DNA of 32,000 bases from Aciduliprofundum boonei T469. Lineage in GTDB: Archaea; Thermoplasmatota; Thermoplasmata; Thermoplasmatales; Aciduliprofundaceae. The position numbers and the translations under genes are program-made. The notes under the pieces were generated by a model. It was given only the letters and a program-made list of their open reading frames with translations. It did no database searches and was not told the origin of the DNA. Within the stretch, counting starts at the first letter, position 1; each line of letters starts with the position of its first letter. Location of the stretch: NCBI RefSeq assembly GCF_000025665.1, contig NC_013926.1:180001-212000 (forward strand), written 5' to 3'. This document shows positions 8,030-14,613 of this stretch, one piece after another.

Positions 8030-8443
8030 ATGAATCCCAGTGAAAAAATATCCCTCATAGTATCACCTCTGCGCATTAAGCTCTTGGAGAGTTTGAGAGA
8101 TGAGAGACATCCGGAGGATTTAGCAAGGGAGTTTAAGATAACAAGACAAGCCGTTGATAAACACCTTTCTATCCTTTACAGATACGGATTAGTTGATAAG
8201 AGAATAAAGGAAGGCATAAGGCCCATGGTGTTTTACAGGATAACATCCGAAGGTGAAGAGTTTCTTCAGAACTTTGAAAATATGGCAGAAGGACATTTTA
8301 TAAGCGTGAGAAAAAGATATAAAGATGAGCTCTTAACCCTAGACAGGATGCTAGTGGATGGAGAGCTCAATGAGGGAGAGTATAAGAGGAGGAGAAATGC
8401 TCTTGATAAAAGGTTCAAATGGGTGATGGAAGGATGGAGATAA
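8030..8443 (+). CDS. ArsR-type winged-helix transcriptional regulator with a C-terminal SHOCT-like helical tail
   Basis: wHTH core RIKLLESL...EDLAREFKITRQAVDKHLSILYRYGLVDKR...FYRITSEG. C-terminal tail LDRMLVDGELNEGEYKRRRNAL. Confidence 0.85.
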   Translation: MNPSEKISLIVSPLRIKLLESLRDERHPEDLAREFKITRQAVDKHLSILYRYGLVDKRIKEGIRPMVFYRITSEGEEFLQNFENMAEGHFISVRKRYKDELLTLDRMLVDGELNEGEYKRRRNALDKRFKWVMEGWR

Positions 8444-8883
8444 GAAAAGGCAAAAGAGAGGATTTGCAGTATCTTCCATCCATACTTATGAAAGCATACA
8501 AGGGATTAGAGGAATATGGCGAGGAGGATATTAACAAGGCCAGAAAGTACATAGAGGACCTCTACGAGGAGGACCCAGAGTGCTTCTTTGTAGCCGAGGA
8601 AAATGGTGAAATAGCGGGATTCATATTCTGCAACCGCTTCTGGTATAGCAAGTTTGAGCATTCCCAAGTAGGTGCTATCCACGAAATCGTTGTATTGCCT
8701 TCTCATAGGCACGAAGGGATTGGAAAAATGTTGATCGAGAAAGCCATGGAAAAACTAAAGCCATCAAAGATTGAATTATGGGTTGGAGAGAAAAATGAAA
8801 ATGCCATAAAGTTCTACGAAAATTTAGGATTCAAAAGAAAAGAAAAAGCTGGAAAATGGGTTAGAATGATCTATATTGCATAG
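8434..8883 (+). CDS. GNAT family N-acetyltransferase (RimI/NAT-like)
   Basis: Acetyl-CoA motif A VLPSHRHEGIGKMLIEKA and the C-terminal block NENAIKFYENLGF. The ORF-track start is 8419. ATG at 8434 (MEIRKGKREDL) has GGTGAT upstream and overlaps the regulator stop. Confidence 0.88.
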   Translation: MEIRKGKREDLQYLPSILMKAYKGLEEYGEEDINKARKYIEDLYEEDPECFFVAEENGEIAGFIFCNRFWYSKFEHSQVGAIHEIVVLPSHRHEGIGKMLIEKAMEKLKPSKIELWVGEKNENAIKFYENLGFKRKEKAGKWVRMIYIA

Positions 8884-9002
8884 ACTATTTTCTTCATATT
8901 TGGGCGCTCTTTGTAAAACATTCTGCTGCCACATTCACATTCTAATTGTTGCACTCCAAGCTCACTAGTTAGTGGCCTCCCACACCTAACGCACCTATAC
9001 AT
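8871..9002 (-). CDS. rpoP: DNA-directed RNA polymerase subunit P (Rpo12/RpoP), 43 aa
   Basis: Hand translation gives MYRCVRCGRPLTSELGVQQLECECGSRMFYKERPNMKKIVYAI. This has the zinc-ribbon YRCxRCG...CxCG...K.RP layout of archaeal RpoP, in the expected position after eL43 in the exosome superoperon. It is below the ORF-track size cutoff. Confidence 0.8.
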   Translation of the reverse strand: MYRCVRCGRPLTSELGVQQLECECGSRMFYKERPNMKKIVYAI

Positions 9003-9249
9003 TTACCCTCACCTTTCTCCACTCTTTATACACATCGGGAGTGTAGGCACCACCTGCAAATTTGAGCCCACAATGGGTGCAAACCCAGATACCTGTAGAT
9101 ACTCTTTTAACAGAATAGTGATGGCATCTTGGGCATAGATGTTTTTTCTCCTTTTCTTTCATAACATCTGCCCAGCGATAGCGAAGTGAGATACCATATC
9201 TTGGGCCGAAGCGCCCTGCAATACCGACCTTTTTAGTCCTCTTTGCCAT
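8995..9249 (-). CDS. rpl37ae: 50S ribosomal protein L37Ae (eL43)
   Basis: [19 protein letters not shown] plus the zinc ribbon CPRC...CTHCG...FAGGAY. The ORF-track start at 9261 is TTG. ATG at 9249 lies 4 nt downstream of GGTGAT. Confidence 0.95.
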   Translation of the reverse strand: MAKRTKKVGIAGRFGPRYGISLRYRWADVMKEKEKKHLCPRCHHYSVKRVSTGIWVCTHCGLKFAGGAYTPDVYKEWRKVRVNV

Positions 9250-10045
9250 TTGAATCACCAAGAATGATCTCCCTGACTTTTCCGCCGATATTCATACTCA
9301 TATTTATAACTTTCTTAACTTCCTCATAGGTAAATGTACCAGAAAGTCCCTTCTGCATAGCGTTTATTTTTCCTTCTTCGTTAGTAGCCACTGTCAATCG
9401 GGCTGAAGCAATGCTCTCCTCATCAAGATTTGGATCTGCCACTATCCAATCTCCAATCTTTGCAAAGGTAACAGGTACTGGATAATGCTGCACAGGTAAC
9501 TTGAAATCCTCACCTAAATCGTACCTTGAGGCAGGAACAGTTGCATTAGTAAGAGCTGCAAGGGCACCATAACCAGCAGCATCAAAGAGATTTCCATCGT
9601 AATCAAGCACATGTATGTCGATGAACACAATCCAAACTTTTTCTCCTTCCTCTATCACCAATTTTTCAAGGTCGATGGCATGGCCCTCTCGTATACCCCT
9701 ATCCACAACACGAGCAAGTTCTATGGCTTCTTCTCCCGGAGGACCAGGTTCAAATGTAGGGGAGGCGAGGGGTGCAAGCTCAGCGTTGGTGGTGAGAATG
9801 CCCATATTAGGTGTATCAGGGAATGGAGTACCCGGCTCAATTTTAACACCCACAAGAACCCTAGTATTGCCTAAATTAACCAGAGCTGAGCCTTCGGCTC
9901 TGGGAATATAGCCCTTAGTAACTGTTAAATTTCTTATCTCATCAAAATGCCTTCCATCTACCCTTGTGCCTTTAGATGCAAGTTTGTGAATGTACTTTCT
10001 TTGCATCTCAGGTACCACACCAGCAGTGAATTTTGAGTTACTCAT
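9233..10045 (-). CDS. rrp42: exosome complex component Rrp42 (RNase PH-like, inactive subunit)
   Basis: RNase PH fold blocks (DGR...R...G.......GSALV..GNT.V) and its position after rrp41. ATG at 10045 (MSNSKF...) is preceded by GGAGGT and overlaps the rrp41 stop by 8 nt. The ORF track extends to 10063. Confidence 0.9.
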   Translation of the reverse strand: MSNSKFTAGVVPEMQRKYIHKLASKGTRVDGRHFDEIRNLTVTKGYIPRAEGSALVNLGNTRVLVGVKIEPGTPFPDTPNMGILTTNAELAPLASPTFEPGPPGEEAIELARVVDRGIREGHAIDLEKLVIEEGEKVWIVFIDIHVLDYDGNLFDAAGYGALAALTNATVPASRYDLGEDFKLPVQHYPVPVTFAKIGDWIVADPNLDEESIASARLTVATNEEGKINAMQKGLSGTFTYEEVKKVINMSMNIGGKVREIILGDSNGKED

Positions 10046-10775
10046 TCTCATCAACCTCCTCAATATACTTTCTCTTTAGTGCTTCAACCTGCATTTCATG
10101 AATCTTCTCGGCAGCATCCATAGCCATATCCATTGCGGTTGTTAGCTCCTCATAGCTCATATCTCCGTCCATCTGCAATAGGGCAATTTCCTTTGTGCGA
10201 GGCATTATAGCCATAGGAACATCTGCCTGTCCAAAATTGTCCTCTTCCTTGTTCAAATCTAAAACTACAACATCATCTATCTTCCCAGCTGCGCATCCAA
10301 CTATTAAATCCCGCATTGGTATGCCAGCATCTGCAAGCGCTAAAGATGCCACTGTTATACCTGCAACCCTAGTACCAGCATCTGCTTGAAGCACTTCTAT
10401 ATACACATCTATGCTTGTTCTTGGATATTTTTCCACAAATATAACGCTTTCAAGGGCCTCACTTATCACCTTGCTCAACTCAATAGCCCTTCTATCTGGT
10501 CCTGGTCTCTTACGCTCATCAACACTAAATGGAGCCATACTGTAGCGAGCACGTACTATGGCCCTATCAGCCTCCTGAACATGCTTTGGATATGCTTCGT
10601 GGGGCCCATATACAGCCGCTATTATCTTATTTCCACCCCACTCAATAAAAGCAGATCCATCAGCCCTTTTTAGTACTCCGACCTCCATTTTTATGGGCCT
10701 GAGTTGATTAGGTAAGCGTCCATCAATGCGGAGTCCATTATCATCTATGAGTTTGATATCACTCTTCATTCCCAT
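10038..10775 (-). CDS. rrp41: exosome complex exonuclease Rrp41 (RNase PH)
   Basis: LRIDGR...[36 protein letters not shown], with the phosphate-binding region [19 protein letters not shown]. The ORF-track start at 10784 is GTG. ATG at 10775 lies 5 nt downstream of GAGGTGA. Confidence 0.93.
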   Translation of the reverse strand: MGMKSDIKLIDDNGLRIDGRLPNQLRPIKMEVGVLKRADGSAFIEWGGNKIIAAVYGPHEAYPKHVQEADRAIVRARYSMAPFSVDERKRPGPDRRAIELSKVISEALESVIFVEKYPRTSIDVYIEVLQADAGTRVAGITVASLALADAGIPMRDLIVGCAAGKIDDVVVLDLNKEEDNFGQADVPMAIMPRTKEIALLQMDGDMSYEELTTAMDMAMDAAEKIHEMQVEALKRKYIEEVDENE

Positions 10776-11451
10776 TGTTCTCACCTCTATTCTCTTCTAA
10801 AAATTCTTTAACTCTATCTGTAAGCCCGTAAGTGTGAGCCTCATTCTCAATCATTCTTATTGCCTTTATAACGGTTATTATCCCCTCAGGAGGTCCAGAA
10901 ATCCATATAACACCATTCTGTCCAACATAAATTCTGCACCCTGTGTAATCTTTCAGCATCTGAATCATACTTCCCCCTTTTCCTATAACACGGGGAACTT
11001 TAAACGGAGATATCTTTATTATATGACCTCCCTCCAGCTTGCGAAGTCCCTGCTCTTTCATAGTGATCCAGACCTGGCCTAACTCATTCACATTGCTTAC
11101 CTTGGCAAGTATAACATCACCTATGCTAAGATATCTCCCTGTATCTCCAAAGTCCACACGCCAAGGCACATCATTCACATGCAGAGGCGCATAATAGGGT
11201 GCGTTTATATCTACCACCCAGTTCATAGGTGCCAGGTCTATTATCTTTCCTATCACTTTGTCTCCCTTTTTCGGTACATAGCATCCTGAGAGAGGAATAA
11301 CATTCACATACCCGGCACGGATATCAACTATTCCAAGATAGGCAGAATAAAGCTTGCCATTCTCAACAAAAACTCCGTTACCGGGCTTACCCTTCTCATC
11401 AATTTCCTCTCCCGGAACAACAATTTTTCGTATAGCTATTTTTCCTTCCAT
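10759..11451 (-). CDS. rrp4: exosome RNA-binding subunit Rrp4 (S1 + KH domains)
   Basis: N-terminal domain VVPGEEI, an S1 segment ([11 protein letters not shown]...W.VDI) and the KH motif [13 protein letters not shown]. Operon position fits. Confidence 0.93.
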   Translation of the reverse strand: MEGKIAIRKIVVPGEEIDEKGKPGNGVFVENGKLYSAYLGIVDIRAGYVNVIPLSGCYVPKKGDKVIGKIIDLAPMNWVVDINAPYYAPLHVNDVPWRVDFGDTGRYLSIGDVILAKVSNVNELGQVWITMKEQGLRKLEGGHIIKISPFKVPRVIGKGGSMIQMLKDYTGCRIYVGQNGVIWISGPPEGIITVIKAIRMIENEAHTYGLTDRVKEFLEENRGENNGNEE

Positions 11452-11456
11452 ACATA

Positions 11457-12155
11457 TTACCTCCTTAAAATCTTTGTTTGAATATTACCATGTGTTTTCT
11501 TATTCAACATATCTAAAAACTCACCCTGCATACCAGCAGGAATTTCAACAACACCAATCCAAGAGCCATCCTTCTGCCATTCTTCCTGAAGTATAGTGCC
11601 ACTCTTGCTCAACTCCCCATAAATCTTGCCATACATATCTCCACTTACCTTGATTGCAATCTTAACCTTTTCAAATCTTATTGGAATTATAGGACGCAAA
11701 GCTTTGAGCACAACGGGAACTTGCTCTTCAACAGATTTAAATGGATCTATATGCACTTTCGCCTCTTCCATAGCCAGTTCTATTCTCTGGGGAGGATGTG
11801 GGGCCCCTGTTTGAGGATTTATAGCGTTCCTGGCAATCTCTGCAATTATTCTCCTTTTCTTCTCTTCCAACATCTTGCGGCGCTGCTCTGTAGTGAGTTG
11901 AACCTGTCCCTTCTTGATTATCTCCTTAGCTACCTCGTTTACATCTGTAGTTCCAAAAACTTCTTTTATTAACTCCTCACTGGCTCTATCACCCTTATGT
12001 GCATCTTTGAAAATCTCATCTATGACCATATAATCTATTACATTCTCCACCTTTCCAGATTTTACATCATCTATAATGTTAGGATCTACAAGAATCTCAA
12101 ATCTATGCCCTGAGTGCTCGTACCTTGCTATTACAGCATCCTCAAGCCTTACCAT
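11457..12155 (-). CDS. SBDS-family ribosome maturation protein (Sdo1 homologue)
   Basis: N-terminal FYSH block [16 protein letters not shown]...VIDEIF.DA.KGDRAS. Canonical position between psmA and rrp4. Confidence 0.92.
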   Translation of the reverse strand: MVRLEDAVIARYEHSGHRFEILVDPNIIDDVKSGKVENVIDYMVIDEIFKDAHKGDRASEELIKEVFGTTDVNEVAKEIIKKGQVQLTTEQRRKMLEEKKRRIIAEIARNAINPQTGAPHPPQRIELAMEEAKVHIDPFKSVEEQVPVVLKALRPIIPIRFEKVKIAIKVSGDMYGKIYGELSKSGTILQEEWQKDGSWIGVVEIPAGMQGEFLDMLNKKTHGNIQTKILRR

Positions 12156-12157
12156 TT

Positions 12158-12889
12158 TTACTCCTCTTTCTTCTCACTCTTGTACTTTTCCAAATATTTT
12201 GCTACCTCTTCCTCACTCATAATGGTAAATTGCCCACCATTCCTTATGTATCCAATCTCCAAGGTTAAAGGAGTTATACCGTCTTCGCTAACTGCATCTA
12301 TTCCCTTCAAGCCAAGCATTATGGCTTCCTCAAAATCCATATCCTCTCTGTATTCATTCTCAAACAATTCCATAACGGTATCTCTTCCTCCACCTATACA
12401 ATCTGCCTTATAACCCATAATTGTGCCGCTTGGATCCGTTTCCATAAGATAAATTCCCTTTTCATCTATTCCTGCAATAAGAAGGGATGCACCAAAGGGT
12501 CTTACTCCCCCATACTGAGTATACTGCTGCTTGTAATCGCTTATCCTTTTAACAAGATGCTCTACAGAAATTCTCTCCCCATAGGTGACACGCTCAATCT
12601 GAGCTATAAGACGAGCATAATCCACTAGCACACGGGCATCTCCAACAAGGCCGGAGGTAGCACAACCGATATGCTCATCAATCAGGAATATCTTCTCCAT
12701 GCTCTTTGGGTCAAGCAATCTACTTCTTACCCTCTTATCAGCCATTAAAACTACTCCATCCTTAAATTTCAAACCTATGGTTGTGGTGCCTCTCTTTACA
12801 GCAGCCCTTGCATATTCCACCTGGAATAAGCGACCATCAGGACTGAAAACCGTTATTGCTCTATCATACGCCATCTGCGCTGGTTGCAT
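12158..12889 (-). CDS. psmA: proteasome subunit alpha
   Basis: [20 protein letters not shown] signature. The ORF-track start at 12895 is TTG. ATG at 12889 lies 5 nt downstream of GGTGAT. A TATA-like TTTTATAA (rc of 12931..12938) lies about 45 nt upstream. Confidence 0.95.
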   Translation of the reverse strand: MQPAQMAYDRAITVFSPDGRLFQVEYARAAVKRGTTTIGLKFKDGVVLMADKRVRSRLLDPKSMEKIFLIDEHIGCATSGLVGDARVLVDYARLIAQIERVTYGERISVEHLVKRISDYKQQYTQYGGVRPFGASLLIAGIDEKGIYLMETDPSGTIMGYKADCIGGGRDTVMELFENEYREDMDFEEAIMLGLKGIDAVSEDGITPLTLEIGYIRNGGQFTIMSEEEVAKYLEKYKSEKKEE

Positions 12890-12957
12890 CTTCAATCACC
12901 TCTCAACTTTTGATGTGATATACGCAAACATTATAAAACTTTATCCATAAGAAGGAG

Positions 12958-13074
12958 TCCCGGCTCCCGGATTCGAACCGGGGACCTGCGGATCTCTGCT
13001 GAGCGGCGTTTATGCCCGCCCCGGGCATATCCCAACTACAGTCCGCCGCTCTAGCCAGACTGAGCTAAGCCGGG
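12958..13074 (-). tRNA. tRNA-Tyr (anticodon GTA) with a 42-nt intron at the canonical 37/38 position
   Basis: Hand-folded cloverleaf. Acceptor CCCGGCT/AGCCGGG, D arm GCTC-AGTCTGGCTA-GAGC, anticodon stem GCGGA/TCCGC with loop CTGTAG^A, T arm CCCGG-TTCGAAT-CCGGG, discriminator A. Mature length 75 nt. No encoded CCA. TATA-like CTTAAATA lies about 28 nt upstream. Confidence 0.9.
12994..13035 (-). other. tRNA-Tyr intron with bulge-helix-bulge splice motif
   Basis: Intron sequence TTGGGATATGCCCGGGGCGGGCATAAACGCCGCTCAGCAGAG. The central 4-bp helix CTGT/GCAG is flanked by 3-nt bulges (AG^T and AG^A). The outer helix is TGGG/CTCA. There is also an internal 7-bp hairpin ATGCCCG-GGG-CGGGCAT. Confidence 0.8.
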
Positions 13075-13110
13075 TCAAAGAGGAGAAATGAGAATTGGTA
13101 TTTAAGATTT

Positions 13111-14571
13111 TCATCTTAAAAGGGGAGCGTTGCGAAGCCAGTCAATATCGCTGATGTACAATTCCCTTATATCCTTCAATCCCAGGGTTATCATTGCCAA
13201 TCTCTCCAGGCCCAGGCCCCAGGCGAGAACGGGGTATTCAATTCCCAATGGCTCTGTGACCTCGGGCCTGAATATCCCAGCGCCTCCAAGCTCAAGCCAT
13301 TGCCCATTATAATAAACTTCCACCTCCAAACTGGGCTCCGTGTAGGGGAAATAGGAGGGGCGGAACCTTATTTCCGGAAAGCCCATGAGAGAGTAAAATT
13401 CCTTGAGTATGCCTAGGAGAACTTGGAAATTGGCATCCTCGTCCATGTATATGCCTTCAATCTGCGTGAACTCGGGAAGGTGAGTGGAATCCATATTCTC
13501 CCTGCGGAAAACGCGCCCAATGGAGAACATCCGCACGGGCGGCTCGCGGTGCTCGTATAGGTAGCGTATGGAGTTCACCGTGGTGTGGGTGCGAAGCATG
13601 GCTTTCTGGGCGATTTCCTCGCTCCACTCGTACCTCCAGCCCCTGCTTATCCCGCCGCCCTTCTCGTGCATCTCCTTCACTTTCTCCATGTACTCTCTGT
13701 CCTCAACGGGTATCTTCGCGGGCCTTTTCAGATAGAATGTGTCCTGCATCTCCCTGGCGGGATGGTCCTGCGGGATGAAAAGCGCATCCATGTCCCAGAA
13801 GGCATTCACAACATAGGAGCCTTCAACCTCCTCGAATCCCATCATGAGGAATATTCTGCGTATCTTCTCAATTATCTGCGTTAGAGGGTGGAGCTTTGAG
13901 GTGTAAATCTTTGGGGCAAATAAATTCACATCATATCTCTTCAACTCATATTTTCTCCATTCCCCTGTTTGGATTAATTCTGGAGTGAGCTGAGTTATCT
14001 CTTCTTTTATTTCTATCCCCTGCTCTACAGTTCTTTTCCCAAGAGAGGTAAGGGATGCAAACCTGATTATTTTCTCCCTCTTCTTTATCATACCCTTTCT
14101 GTGCAAAAAGTCCTCAATTAGCTCTTTGTCAACCTCATCCTCCTTGAGGCATCCCTTCCTCAACCTTTCAAGCAGGGCTTTTCTTTTTTCAATTTCCTCA
14201 TCAATATTCCTATAAATCAACTTTCCATCTTTAAGCGGAATTCCTAATTTTTTGAGATGCCCCATTCCAACGCTAACAACATTCTTTGGAAAAATGCGAA
14301 AGAGTTCTTTTATCTCAACCTCTCCCCTTTCCCTGAGGACTTCGTAAATCTGCGCCTCTGGCAAATCCTCATCCCTGTTCAAGCAGTATTCCACATCAAG
14401 CTTCTCCCTAATTTTCACCAATCCCTTTACCTTGAGCCAAGAGAGTGCATTCATAACCTCAACTAATTGGGAGAATTTGCCAAGTTTCATAATTTCATCA
14501 ACACTCAAAACATCCTTATCGGAGGAGGACATTGCCAATAGAACTCTCTTCTCTAAATTACTGAGCTCCAT
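13111..14571 (-). CDS. pheS: phenylalanine--tRNA ligase alpha subunit
   Basis: Class II core motifs (HPLTQ..., FWDMDALFIPQDHPARE, RTHTT, FSIGRVFRRE, GAGIFRPEV..LGLERL). The ORF-track start at 14625 is TTG. ATG at 14571 (MELSNLEKRVL) has leaderless TATA spacing. Confidence 0.93.
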   Translation of the reverse strand: MELSNLEKRVLLAMSSSDKDVLSVDEIMKLGKFSQLVEVMNALSWLKVKGLVKIREKLDVEYCLNRDEDLPEAQIYEVLRERGEVEIKELFRIFPKNVVSVGMGHLKKLGIPLKDGKLIYRNIDEEIEKRKALLERLRKGCLKEDEVDKELIEDFLHRKGMIKKREKIIRFASLTSLGKRTVEQGIEIKEEITQLTPELIQTGEWRKYELKRYDVNLFAPKIYTSKLHPLTQIIEKIRRIFLMMGFEEVEGSYVVNAFWDMDALFIPQDHPAREMQDTFYLKRPAKIPVEDREYMEKVKEMHEKGGGISRGWRYEWSEEIAQKAMLRTHTTVNSIRYLYEHREPPVRMFSIGRVFRRENMDSTHLPEFTQIEGIYMDEDANFQVLLGILKEFYSLMGFPEIRFRPSYFPYTEPSLEVEVYYNGQWLELGGAGIFRPEVTEPLGIEYPVLAWGLGLERLAMITLGLKDIRELYISDIDWLRNAPLLR

Positions 14572-14592
14572 ACTTGGTATATGGGCAACTTC

Positions 14593-14600
14593 TTTAAATA
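14593..14600. promoter_or_regulatory. single near-palindromic TATA element (TTTAAATA / TATTTAAA) shared by divergent pheS and the phosphohexomutase gene
   Basis: Its centre is 25.5 nt from the pheS ATG (14571) and 23.5 nt from the second in-frame ATG (14620) of the plus-strand gene. The whole spacer is only about 42-48 bp. Confidence 0.4.
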
Positions 14601-14613
14601 ATTTGCAATATAC

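Noticed and set aside
12994-13035. A C/D-box sRNA embedded in the tRNA-Tyr intron, as is known for some archaeal tRNA-Trp introns.
   Set aside because: The 42-nt intron contains no RUGAUGA (C) or CUGA (D) boxes, and it is too short for a guide RNA.
13585-13884. A 99-aa plus-strand ORF within pheS.
   Set aside because: It is open only because the local GC-rich composition depletes stop codons. It has no motifs or initiation signals. It is treated as a by-product of the GC anomaly that is reported separately.
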